A stretch of 64,000 bases of DNA from assembly GCA_964016885.1 (NCBI GenBank), contig OZ024745.1:29884001-29948000 (forward strand), given 5' to 3'. Below the pieces are notes generated by a model, which did no database searches, was not told where the DNA came from, and saw nothing but the letters and a program-made list of their open reading frames with translations. This document shows, in pieces, positions 25,709 through 36,877 of this stretch. This DNA is from Eledone cirrhosa (Eukaryota). The first letter of the stretch is position 1. Each line of letters starts with the position of its first letter. The translations under genes and the position numbers were made by a program.

Positions 25709-28700
25709 CGCATGTGTGTGTGTGTGTTTCTCCTTCTGTTTCTCTTCATCTTATACTGACACTGCTTGAGCAACTGATGGATGCAGTGCCCACTTAAACC
25801 TCTCAGTGTCCAACCAAAATCCACACCCAGTTTTCTTCCCAGATAAAAAGATCTGAGAAATTTATTAACTTGAAATTTGATGTGTTCGCTTGGACAAAAT
25901 TTACGAGGATGATTCTATATTAATTTGGAGTGTTTATTTCATGTTTCATCTGTTTTTACATATTTAAAATGTCTTCCTTGCTCACATATCTCAGTACTAG
26001 GCCCTACACTTGAGATTTTGGAAGACATACAATCAAGGAGTTGGCTCCAGGCATCCCCAAACCTCTGAATGCCACTGCCCTCAGTACATCTTCAGTCTTT
26101 CACTCCTCATTCACTTCAATATTTTCTCCCAACCTTTACTTCACTCACACTCTACTTTTCTTTCTCATTCACTCTCCACTCTTCTCTCTCACTTACACTT
26201 TACTCTTTTCACTCACATTTCACTCTTCTCTTCCACTCTCACTCTGTCTTCACTCCACTCATCTCACCCAACCTTCACTTCACCTTTCCTCAAATCTTCT
26301 CTCCCACTCTCATTCCACTCTTTTCTCTCACTCTGCCTTCATTCCATTCTTCTCTCCCACATGCTCCGCATTTACTTTTTTCTTCTTTTTTCACCCCCCC
26401 CCCCACTACTCTCTTCTTTTCTTTCACTTCCCCTTCAATTTCTTTTTCTTTTTTTCACTTCACCTTCTACTCTTCTATTTTTCAGGAAGTAGTCCTACAG
26501 TTACTCCAGGAAGCTATGATAAATAAGTCAGCCTACACAAAGTGTTTCCTTATTGATGGTTACCCTCGTGAGGTACAGCAGGGTATCAAGTTTGAGAATG
26601 AGGTGAGCTGTAACATTTACTGTCTGTCTGATCCTCCTTTCTGTTTGATCTTCTCTTCTATCTGATCCTCTCTTTGATCTGATCCACTCTCCTGTTTGAT
26701 CTTCTCTTCTATCTGATCCTCTCTTCGATCTGATCCACTCTCCTGTTTGATCCTCTCTCCTGTCTCATCCTACCTTCTGTCTGATCCTCTTTTCTGTATG
26801 ATCCTCTCTTACTTCACTTCAAGCAGAGCTTAGCTTGTGTGTGTCTTGTGTGTATGTGTGTGTGTATGTCAGTGTGTGTCTATGTATGTGTGTGTGTGTA
26901 TCTGAGTATTTGTGTCTATGAGTGTTTGTGTGTGAGAATCTGTGTGTGTGTGTTTGTGTGCATGAGCCTTTGTGTGTGTGTGTGTGAATGTTTGTGTGTG
27001 TGAGTGTTTGTGTGGGTGTGTGTGTGTGTGCATGTTTTGTGTGTGGGTGTTTGTGTGTGCATTCATTAGAAGTCAAGCTTGATTGGTTTTCACTATTTGT
27101 GTGCACTCATGTATCAGTGAAGCCACGCAGCTTAGTGGTTATGGTATTTGGTACATGATTGTAAGTTTGTTAGTTTGATTCCCAACAGTGTGTTGCGTCC
27201 TGAGCAAGATACTTTATTTCACATTGTTACTCTAGTCTACTCAGTTGGAAATAATGATTTCTACCTGTGATTCGAAGGGCCAGCCTTATCACACAGTGCT
27301 ACACAAAATCTTTCTGGGAACTACATTAAGGATATATATATTTGTGGAATGCTCAACCACTTGAGCAGGCTGTTCTATTGTACAAACAACTGGAACACTT
27401 GTCATTAGAACTGACTGGGATTCAACAACAACAAACATGTTTGATCTTGAGTGTGAGCATAAGCTTATGTGTTATTATTTAGATTTTGCCTCATGTCACC
27501 AGAAAAGCAGAGACATTTCTGCCAAGAGTTGCAACCAGCAGATAGTATCAGCAATAGAAAGACCAATGGAGACATTGTTTCCTTGGTCTGCTCTGATAAT
27601 CATCTCCCTTCTACTACTAGTTGTGACTGACAGATAGTATTAGCAATGAAATGACTTGTGGAAACATTGTTTCCTTGGTCCAATTTAACGATCATTTCTG
27701 TTCCTTTCCTCATAGTATAGTGTGCTTTCTGTCATATTTCTAACTTACCTGTTGCCAGGTTACTCACTGTGCCACTGTCCTTAACTTTACTGCTCCGGAT
27801 GATGTGTTGGTGGAACGTTTGTTGGAACGAGGTAAAACCAGTGGTCGTGATGATGACAATAAAGAAACCATTATGAAAAGACTTGAAACCTTCCATGAAA
27901 TCACTCAGCCTGTTATAGATTACTATGAAGAACAGAAAAAAATTATAAATGTAAGTATTGCTCTCCCTGTTGTCTTTACTGTGTAGGTGGCTTATATATG
28001 AGGGAGTTTCAGCTGTGGTACATCAGCTAAGGTGGTGATGGTGGGTGATAGTGTGTGTGTGGGGTGTGGGGCATGAATATCTTTATATATGTACCAATAA
28101 CTCCTGGTGGACTCATAGGAATGTCACTGTCATGACATGTGGCATGTCTTTGGGCATTTTTAAAACCTGGCCAAGCCCATCCTCACTCCAGATTAGGTCG
28201 ATGAATATCTTACACGCACTAAAAAAAATAAACAAACTCTCCTTGAATCTTGAGTGGAATTCATGCCACCCTCGTCCCCCCCTCCCACTCAGGACCCAAA
28301 GGAAGTCCTGTTCTGCCTTGGGACTCCTAGCAGTGTAGTGTAACCAATACATGTCCTTGTATGGAAACAGTCAAAAGACTTCTCATCTCTTTCTGACCAC
28401 CACTACCAAAGTATCCCTATCTTTTTATCAACTGAAGCATCTACCCACCTGACCACTTCCTTATTTCAACCATTGTACACAACATCCCCTGACACTTCAA
28501 GTCAACTGACTGGTCAGTACTTGGTAAGTTCTATGCTAACTATTCCTGGCTGATGACTAAAACTATCCTCTTAGGTATGCCCCACCACATACCTGGCTGA
28601 AAAGTTCTGTGAAATCTTGCATGCATTAATTTCTACTCTTCTTATTAATAACTGAATTTTTTTTCTAGTGACTAGGTTGTAAAATAAACCTCATTTGGTC

Positions 28701-29908
28701 TTTCCAAGAGAGTATCTTGGTCAGCCTATGAACCTTTTACTCAACCCTTGTACATAATCAAATCGCGCAGCCTTAAATCTTCCAAAGAGTTCCATTCATG
28801 ACTATGCAGCAGCTGTTCAAGCTAATAACATTGAATACAATATTTTAAGAGAATCACCACCTATTCAAACTGGTTGAATTTTACACATCACTGAATTCTC
28901 CTGTGTAGAAATCATGATAATGCCTCCTGTCTCCCATTAAAACTTCAGCTGATTCTTTTGGTTCTTTGCCAGAAAGATCTCAACCAACATTGCAGAATCC
29001 TCATCCTTGTTCATTTTCTCTGCTAGCAAGGGTTGGCCTGGTCATCACAAAATAAGTCAATATTTTGTTGGAGCTACTGACTTCTCAGAGGGTTGTATCT
29101 CACTTTCATATATTCCCATACTCTACAGACTACACCAAGTGCATTATATTGTAGTGTCAGCACTAATAACGTTATCAAATCTTTGGTATAATTAAAGAAT
29201 CCTCTCAACCCTTTGTATGGCAAATTTTCAAATTTTTTTAACGTTCTGATGTCCTTCCTCTCACCAACCACTCTACGGAGTATGTTTTATGTCACTAATA
29301 CTAGAGAAGTGATCATGCCCTTGACAGTGGAGGGTCTGTTTGTCCCTTTTTTGGCATGGCTTCTACAGCTGGATGCTCTTCCTAACACCAACCACCCTAC
29401 AATGTACTGGTTGTGTTTTATTGTGTCACCAACATTAGAAAGATTGCCATGTGCTTGACACAATTGAAGAGTCCTCTCATTCCATTTTCTATATGGGTTC
29501 CAGCTGAATAACCTTCTTATCGCCAACCAGTTTCCTGAGTGTACTGGGTCCATGTTATCATGTCACCAACACTAGAAACTGAGGTGTCCTCTCATTTCAA
29601 CTCTTTTTTGGCATGATTTCTACAACTGAATGCCTTTCCTGTCACCAAACACCTTACAGAGTGTACTGACCATGTTTTATCATTGTCATCAGCACTAAAG
29701 AGGTCGTTGTTGCCTTGACACTGAAGTGTCCTCTCATCCTATAGCTGAATGCCCTTGCTGTCACCAACCACTTTACAGGATGTGCTGGGTGTACTGTTGG
29801 CACCAGAACTGATTTCTTTTCCTTGTATCTTTTCAGATAAATGCTGATAACACAGTTGATGGAGTGTTTGACCAAGTGAAGGAAGCCATGAAAGCATTTT
29901 CTTCATGA
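5899..29908 (+). CDS. Tandem two-domain adenylate kinase (two AK1-type short-LID domains, AK5-like architecture); spliced, 5'-incomplete in window. Exons: 5899-5911(?), 9521-9568, 11097-11260, 12137-12253, 14096-14287, 20420-20495, 22141-22179, 23605-23768, 26486-26602, 27759-27950, 29837-29908
   Basis: Joined exons give one open 1194-nt frame ending in TGA, with all introns GT..AG and phases compatible. Each domain has [13 protein letters not shown] (P-loop), [21 protein letters not shown] and RLLER.KTSGR.DDN.ETIMKRL. Confidence 0.95.
5940..6510. repeat. Diverged 36-bp minisatellite (cactggttgtctactttaatatgggggacagtggga), about 15 copies
   Basis: ctggttgtcta recurs at ~36-nt spacing. Confidence 0.9.
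7948..8022 (+). ncRNA. Type I hammerhead-ribozyme motif with long stem II
   Basis: ATTTAGA-CTGAAGA-[TCTGG...CTGTCT...AGACAG CCAGA]-GAAAC-AATT-GTA-CCTAAAT. Core is intact, stem I is ATTTAG/CTAAAT with a first-position mismatch, and loop III is palindromic. Confidence 0.7.
9521..9568 (+). CDS. AK domain 1 exon ([16 protein letters not shown])
   Basis: ctttcag acceptor (alternative acceptor tttcag ending 9526), donor G|gtaagt; encodes the beta strand before the P-loop. Confidence 0.9.
10090..10680 (+). mobile_element. RTE-clade LINE reverse transcriptase fragment (decayed)
   Basis: Translates in pieces to [33 protein letters not shown] and [19 protein letters not shown], with stops and frameshifts. 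Confidence 0.85.
11097..11260 (+). CDS. AK domain 1 P-loop exon ([33 protein letters not shown]...GQLVSM)
   Basis: 164 nt, aag|GT...ATG|gtgagt; canonical AK P-loop. Confidence 0.97.
12137..12253 (+). CDS. AK domain 1 exon ([11 protein letters not shown]...[20 protein letters not shown])
   Basis: 117 nt, ttgcag|GAC...GAG|gtgagt; AK signature FLIDGYPR. Not in the ORF track. Confidence 0.97.
12975..13048 (-). ncRNA. Degenerate hammerhead-like motif
   Basis: Minus strand: CTGATGAA-TTCAATACAG...CTGTATTTGAA-A-GAAATGTT, next to a (TA)n/(TG)n tract. Confidence 0.45.
13365..13815 (+). mobile_element. RTE-clade LINE 3' fragment
   Basis: KDCIKSTL...[14 protein letters not shown] followed by a C2H2-like remnant [17 protein letters not shown]. 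Confidence 0.6.
14096..14287 (+). CDS. AK domain 1 LID exon ([12 protein letters not shown]...[23 protein letters not shown]...KLQT)
   Basis: 192 nt, cctag|GTT...ACT|gtaagt; short LID motif. Confidence 0.97.
15369..15600 (-). mobile_element. CRE-like (restriction-like endonuclease) non-LTR retrotransposon 3' fragment
   Basis: [20 protein letters not shown]...[27 protein letters not shown] resembles the CRE-clade RLE C-terminus (QRLS.A..RGNA). Confidence 0.7.
15655..15902 (+). mobile_element. CR1-like LINE 3' end with (ATT)n tail
   Basis: [31 protein letters not shown] plus a 3'UTR shared with the copies at 24260-25005 and 41757-42600. A short 3'UTR piece is also at 14680-14755. Confidence 0.85.
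16262..16345. mobile_element. Small (~80 bp) MITE-like element with imperfect TIRs; second copy at 31790-31873
   Basis: The two sites share the core tacacactttgattagaatg in opposite orientations, have imperfect inverted arms, and have TA-rich flanks. Confidence 0.5.
16357..16925 (+). mobile_element. Penelope-derived fold-back element: ~190-bp inverted arms (16357-16548 / 16590-16782), each with a hammerhead motif
   Basis: Arms are near-perfect reverse complements; (TA)n flanks. Confidence 0.8.
16645..16680 (+). ncRNA. Minimal type I hammerhead ribozyme (antisense twin at 16458-16493)
   Basis: TCTT-CTGATGA-A-GGAC-TAGC-GTCC-GAAACGTT-AAGA. Stem I TCTT/AAGA, stem II GGAC/GTCC, palindromic ACGT stem III. 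Confidence 0.75.
16959..18090 (+). mobile_element. 5'-truncated Penelope-like element (GIY-YIG region + pLTR) with an inverted partial pLTR at its 5' end
   Basis: [29 protein letters not shown] and [13 protein letters not shown]...[12 protein letters not shown]...[13 protein letters not shown]. 16959-17006 is the reverse complement of 17987-18034; hairpin at 17003-17064. Confidence 0.85.
17957..18006 (+). ncRNA. Hammerhead motif in Penelope pLTR (degenerate stems)
   Basis: CCATTACGAA-CTGAGGA-TCCACTAAGGT-GAAAC-AATT-GTT-CTCGGTATGG. Confidence 0.55.
18125..18595 (+). mobile_element. Older fold-back element (~110-bp inverted arms 18125-18237 / 18455-18562), probably Penelope-derived
   Basis: Arms are reverse complementary; decayed core CTGAAAAGC...GCTGAAACCGG at 18424-18450; (TA)n flanks. 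Confidence 0.6.
18607..19135 (+). mobile_element. RTE-clade LINE C-terminal fragment
   Basis: [16 protein letters not shown]...[19 protein letters not shown]...[12 protein letters not shown]...[15 protein letters not shown]. Confidence 0.9.
20420..20495 (+). CDS. AK domain 1 C-terminal/linker exon ([25 protein letters not shown])
   Basis: 76 nt, ttacag|ATT...TTGA|gtaagt; matches the AK C-terminal strand and helix, has no stop, and ends in phase 1. Confidence 0.92.
20935..21228 (+). mobile_element. RTE (Rex3/Expander-like) LINE fragment
   Basis: [33 protein letters not shown]. Confidence 0.75.
21242..21431. mobile_element. ~190-bp (TA)n-flanked element ending in a 113-bp hairpin; second family member at 60333-60530
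   Basis: Shared leader accagagtactc...tagtagagtggg and shared ACCCCGACG...GGGGTC hairpin. Confidence 0.7.
21694..21975 (+). mobile_element. Fold-back mini-element: 39-bp outer IR, 27-bp inner hairpin, decayed hammerhead
   Basis: 21694-21732 pairs with 21873-21911; hairpin 21734-21789; CTGTTGA-AAA-GCAG-AAGAA-CTGC-GAAAC-CG-GTA at 21799-21831. Confidence 0.7.
22141..22179 (+). CDS. AK domain 2 first exon ([14 protein letters not shown])
   Basis: 39 nt, ttatttccag|AA...GTAG|gtatgt; phase 1-1, paralogous to 9521-9568. Confidence 0.93.
   Translation, partial: NLAWMNVKSSLL
22391..22601. repeat. Imperfect ~100-bp inverted repeat (fold-back)
   Basis: 22391-22491 is reverse complementary to 22506-22601 (e.g. 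agggcatatcag / ctgatatgccct). Confidence 0.75.
22665..22712 (+). ncRNA. Type I hammerhead motif
   Basis: TGT-CTGATGA-TTCTGTG-AGAA-CACTGGT-GAAACTC-AA-GAGTA-ACA. Core is intact, stem III has 4 bp, and the cleavage triplet is GUA. Confidence 0.6.
23605..23768 (+). CDS. AK domain 2 P-loop exon ([33 protein letters not shown]...GQLVPM)
   Basis: 164 nt, ccag|GT...ATG|gtaaga. Confidence 0.97.
24260..25005 (-). mobile_element. CR1-like LINE 3' fragment with (ATT)n tail
   Basis: [20 protein letters not shown] and [25 protein letters not shown]; highly similar to 41757-42600. Confidence 0.9.
25045..25670 (+). mobile_element. Non-autonomous retroposon with (ATGT)n tail; homologous inverted copy at 55991-56347
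   Basis: The 3' end tggccatactcgataacgaaggggcagccatcatgtatgtatg matches the reverse complement of 56005-56047, and the internal agagtggga and gatgttga...ttcttcttt segments are shared. Confidence 0.6.
26486..26602 (+). CDS. AK domain 2 exon ([11 protein letters not shown]...[20 protein letters not shown])
   Basis: 117 nt, ttcag|GAA...GAG|gtgagc, after a long pyrimidine tract. Confidence 0.97.
27759..27950 (+). CDS. AK domain 2 LID exon ([10 protein letters not shown]...[23 protein letters not shown]...KIIN)
   Basis: 192 nt, gccag|GTT...AAT|gtaagt. Confidence 0.97.
29837..29908 (+). CDS. AK terminal coding exon ([23 protein letters not shown])
   Basis: tttcag|ATA AAT GCT GAT...TGA; paralogous to 20420-20495. 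Confidence 0.93.
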   Translation: MNADNTVDGVFDQVKEAMKAFSS

Positions 29909-29985
29909 ATAACAATAACATTAACAATGATAACTTCTCCTTGTTTCTCTTCCAACTACTGATTACCTTCTTCTTTTCGGTTCAT

Positions 29986-30042
<57 letters not shown>

Positions 30043-30044
<2 letters not shown>

Positions 30045-30620
30045 GGCAGAATCATTAGAGCGTCAGACAAAATGCTTTGCAGCATTTAGTTATGACCCTT
30101 TATGTTCTGAGTTCAAATCCTGCTGAGGTCAGTTTTGTCTTTCATCCTTCCAGGGTCGATAAAAGCAAAGTACCAGTCAAATACTGGGGTTGATATAATC
30201 GACTTTCCCCTTCCATTAAAATTGCTGGCTTTGTGCCAAATTATTATTGTAAGGTTGTAGATTGGCACAAGTGTAGGGAAGTTGAACAAAATGCCTTGTG
30301 GTATTTGTTCCAACTCTATCTATTGTGATCTCAGAACCTGCTGAAGTCAACTTTGCCTTTTATCCTTCTGGGCTCAATAAAATAAGATACCGGTCATGTA
30401 CTGAGGATTGATATATTTGAATTTCCCATCCCACCTTCAAATTGCTGGCCTTGTGCTTAAACAATTTTTATTTTTATTATTATTATTATTGTTATTTCTT
30501 CTTCTTTCTCATGCTGTTCTTTTGCTGCATTACTAAACCAAGGGGACAGGTCATAACTAATGACCTAAGAACTCTTGGTCACTTTTCCCTGAGGTTTATG
30601 TTCCCATCACCCTTTTCAAA

Positions 30621-30655
<35 letters not shown>

Positions 30656-30815
30656 AAGGCAGTTGATTAGCAGGATCATTAGGGCATTCGTTCCATTTCT
30701 GTATGTTCTGAGTTCAAATCCCACCAAGATCACTTTCGCCTTTCTCTCTTCCAGTGTTGATAATGTAGAGTACCAGTAAAGTACTGGTGTCAATTTAATT
30801 AACAAATTGTTGACC
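30043..30815 (+). mobile_element. Three tandem tRNA-type SINEs (ttctgagttcaaatcc...ctttcatcct...ggtcgataaaa...gtaccagt family) just 3' of the AK stop codon
   Basis: B-box-like gagttcaaatcc and the conserved core. More copies at ~14590-14830, 34335-34490, 47955-48070, 50155-50360 and 63200-63640. Confidence 0.75.
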
Positions 30816-30834
30816 ATGTACTTGAATTAGAAAT

Positions 30835-31470
30835 GATTATTACTGTTGCTGTTATTACTGTTGTTGTAGTTTTAACTGTTGTAGTTGTTATTACTTTTGT
30901 TACTGTTGCTGTTACTGCTGTTTTTGTTACTGCTGTTGTTATTGTTGTTATTACTGCTGCTGTTGCTGTTATTTCCGTTGTTACTGTTATTGTTATTACT
31001 GTTACTGCTGTTATCTCTGTTGTTATTACTGATGTTACTGTTGCTGTTATTACTGTTGTTATTACTGTTACTGTTATTACTGATGTTACTGTTGCTGTTA
31101 TTACTGTTGTTATTACTGTTACTGTTATTACTGATGTTACTGTTGCTGTTATTACTGTTGTTATTACTGTTACTGTTATTACTGATGTTACTGTTGCTGT
31201 TATTACTGTTGTTATTACTGTTGTTACTGTTGCTGTTATTACTGTTGATATTGTTGTTATTACTATTACTGTTGTTACTGTTGCAGTTATTACTGTTGTT
31301 ATTGTTGTTATTACTGTTTTCATTACTGCTGCTGTTGTAGTTGTTACTGTTGGTATTGTTGTTATTTCTGTGGTTACTGTTGTTATTATTATTGTTGCTG
31401 TCATTACTGTTGTTTATTTATGATGTTATTATTGCTGCTGTTGTTGTTGTTATTGTTATTACTGTTGCTG
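30835..31470. repeat. Compound (TTG/TTA/CTG)n trinucleotide tract with an internal 51-bp higher-order repeat
   Basis: The track translation shows VITDVTVAVITVVITVT repeated about 3 times. Confidence 0.9.
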
Positions 31471-31559
31471 TCAGCTATAAACATATTAGCTAATATTAAT
31501 AATTTATAAAATGATGATAGTAATGATGCTAATGATGATGATGCTAATGATGATAACTA

Positions 31560-33325
<1,766 letters not shown>

Positions 33326-33633
33326 TGATATGTTGGACCTCGTCAATATCTTTTCAGTTGCAGAATATGTGTTAGTAGCAAATCTGCTATTATTTATAGA
33401 TAGTGTTTAAGACTATCATTTTGTTACTGTCCTTTGTGCACTAGAGCCAGTTGTATCGACCTTAAAGCATCGAAGTAATGTATCGCTAGCAGTTGACTAA
33501 TGAAATGGGACTACTGGCTGTATTCATTCATTATCTTGTCTTTACCCATACTTTTTATTCATTCTTCTTTTTTTTAGCCATGCAAGACTCTTTTTTTCAT
33601 ATATATATATGTATGTATGCATGTGTGTGTATG

Positions 33634-33664
<31 letters not shown>

Positions 33665-34979
33665 ATAGCCCGTGCAATCATGGAAAATGAAGGTAAAATT
33701 GTGGTGATGATGATATATATATAAACACACACACACACTACATACACATTTATGTTTGTGATCAGAATTGATATATCTTCTGTTATAAATGTGTGACATC
33801 ACACGAATGACTATAATACAAATTACCTGGAGTCTTTTTTTTTTTTTACTTTTGAAAAGCCAATGCAGTTATTGTAAAAGCAAATATAATTGAGTGAACA
33901 TTAAAATATGATTATTACAGAACATATTTCAACCAAAATATCTTGTCTAAATTGTTCCAATGTCTTATTTATATTAATATACTGTTGACTCTTTGGTAAC
34001 AAACTTCATTTGATACCACAAAAATTACATCAATTGAAATATATGTAATTAATGTGGTAATTAATTTTGATTCTGTAATTCTACATCCGAAGAATCCCTT
34101 CAAAAGCTACCTGCTTCGTTAGCATATTTCTAATGAAAGACTACCTATGATTTTCAAATAATTTTGAAAATAATCAAGAATTTGTAGGGATTTAGTAATA
34201 TAACAAAATTCTTTGTTATTAATCTGGTGTTTTATTAATTTGAATATGTGTTAGTGTGTGTATGTGTATGTGTCTATATGTGTATGAATGTTTGTATGTT
34301 TTATGTGGTTCTATGTCTGTGTGAAAGACCAGAAATTGGCAGGGATTTTAAGGTGTCTAATTTAAACATGCTTTAGTATTTGTTCTGGCTCAGTGTTCTC
34401 AGTTCAAACTCTGCTGAGGTCAACTTTGCCTTTCATTCTTTTCAAGATCAATAAAATAAAATGTACCAGTCCAATACTGGGGTTGATTCTCTCTCTCAAG
34501 AAGAAGAAGAGATCAGCTATGTTCAGACCTGGAGAGGGAAAGGCTCTATCAGATTTAAAATGCCCAAGACAGTGTGTCAGAATGGCACCCAAAGACTTCA
34601 TTAGAAGTTAAGCCTCCTTTAACTAGTTTTTTTGTGTGTATATGTTTGTGTATGTATATATGTTGTATGTATGAATGTATGTTTGTGTGTGTATATGTAT
34701 GTTTGTATATGTCTGTGCGATGTGTATGTGTATATATCTGTATGTGTATATATCTGTCTGTGTGTATATTGTGTGTGATGTGTATGTATGTTTATGTTTG
34801 TGTGTGATGTGTATGTATGTCTGTGTGTGTATGTCTGTGTGTGATGTGTATGTATGTATGTGTGTATGGGTGGTATTTTACAACAAATTAACATTAATCA
34901 ACTCCTCCTCCTCCTTTCCCTACTTCTTCAACTCCTCCCTACCTCCATATTTCTTTCAATGATCTCCTCCATAACTCTC

Positions 34980-35380
34980 ACTACTGCTAATACAACAACA
35001 ACACCGACACCTACAGCAATACTAACTACATCAACAACAACAACACCAACACTACTAACAATAACACTAACACAATAACAATAACAACACTACCATCACC
35101 AATACATGAACACTACCATTACCACAACCAACAGTACTATCATCACCACCACCAGCACCACCACCATCAAAAACACACCATCACCGCCACCACCATTAAC
35201 ACCACCAACACTACCACCATCACCACCAATACTACCACCATCACCAACAACACCACCACCACCATTAACACCACCAACACTACCACCATCACCAACAAGA
35301 CCACCACAAGACAACCACCACTACCAACACCATCACCACCAACAACACCACTACCAACACTACCACCACTACCACTATCA
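34980..35380. repeat. (CAC/CAA)n low-complexity tract
   Basis: Trinucleotide-rich sequence. Confidence 0.8.
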
Positions 35381-36148
35381 CAGTTGCCATGACAAACCAC
35401 TTATACTACTAATAACTTCAAATTATCAAATCTTTATCAATTATGTTTCCTACAATTACCACACAGGTTGTCAACAGTGAAGGCATATGGCTTAGTGGTT
35501 AGGGTGTTTTACTCATAAAGTCATGAGTTCGATTTGCCAGGGGTGTATTTTATCCTTGAGCAAGACACTTTATTTCACATTGCTCCATGTCACTCAGTTG
35601 GCAAAAATTAGTTGTACCTGTAATTCAAAGATCCAGCCATTGTCACACAATGTGTCATGCTGAATCTCCCTGAGAACTATGATAATGGTAGAATTTTGTT
35701 GATTAGACACAAAGTATTTTGGCAGAAGTTGGATCTGGAGAAGTAAACCTCGATAAAAATTCTGCTTGTCTCATAGTAAGCAGTAGCTCATGCGATGATC
35801 ATCAGTTTAATTAGATGACCTCAGTGTCTTGACTATTAATTCAACAATGGGTTGGCACAACTGCTCCAGTTAGCAGAGAAATCTATGAGCATGCAGTTGT
35901 GGTGAGCCACATATATTCTAGCCATTAGAAAAAGCAAAATGAATGTTTCACCTTTGATGGAGGGATAACTCAAGAAGAAGATTTCGGCAGATAATTCAGT
36001 TCATAGTGGATATTGCTATTAATATGGATGTGCCTTGCCAGGTTTGAGTGCTCAAGACATGTCACCGTGGTGCCTCTATGACTCCATCAGAAGTTATAAG
36101 TCCCACTCTTGCAAGAAGGGAAAAGCGGATGTAAAATGATGATGATGA

Positions 36149-36200
<52 letters not shown>

Positions 36201-36877
36201 ATAAAATAACCAGGATTAAATTATTTAATTGATTTACAAGCATTTCTATCAATACAGCAAGATCTTCCATCATTCTCTTCTGTACTGATTTCTTCAAAAT
36301 CCATTAGCGCAATATAAATAACATGTTTACCTTCAATGTCAGACATCTCCAATTCAAGTTTTTGAGAGCTGATCTTCAAACACTGATCTCACGGAGTAGA
36401 TAACAAAGGAAGGTAAGAAGTGAAGGGAATCTGTGCAGGAGAAGACCTGTCCAAGCATGGAAAAATGGACATAAAATTGATGGTGAAGATGATGATGATG
36501 ATTTAGTGTTGTTATGTCTATTATAAGTACAATGTTGCTGTGAAAGTATGTGGTTCAATAGATAGGGTGTTTGGCTTGTGATTGTGTGTTTGACATCCTG
36601 TTTGTGAAATTAACATGCACGTGTCTGAGTATTCCATAAACAAATATACCTTTAACGTAGTTCTCATTGACATTCTGTATATCTACACACAATGTGAAAC
36701 AAGGTTGAGTCTTTGAGAATTACTGGTACAACTCATTGTTTTTCTAGCTGAGTGAATTGGGGCAATGTGAAATACAATGTCTTACATGATACAATGTGCT
36801 ACCTGTAATGTTCCATTGTTCAAACAACTGGAGTACTAGTCATCGGAATTGGTGGAGGTTCAACATGCATTCCTAAC

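Noticed and set aside
26010-26485. Long Ser/Leu/Phe ORFs upstream of the AK exon at 26486
   Set aside because: Intronic pyrimidine-rich tract; only 26486-26602 matches AK and has splice sites.
30799-31423. Thr-rich mucin-like or poly-Leu ORFs
   Set aside because: Trinucleotide repeat open in several frames on both strands.
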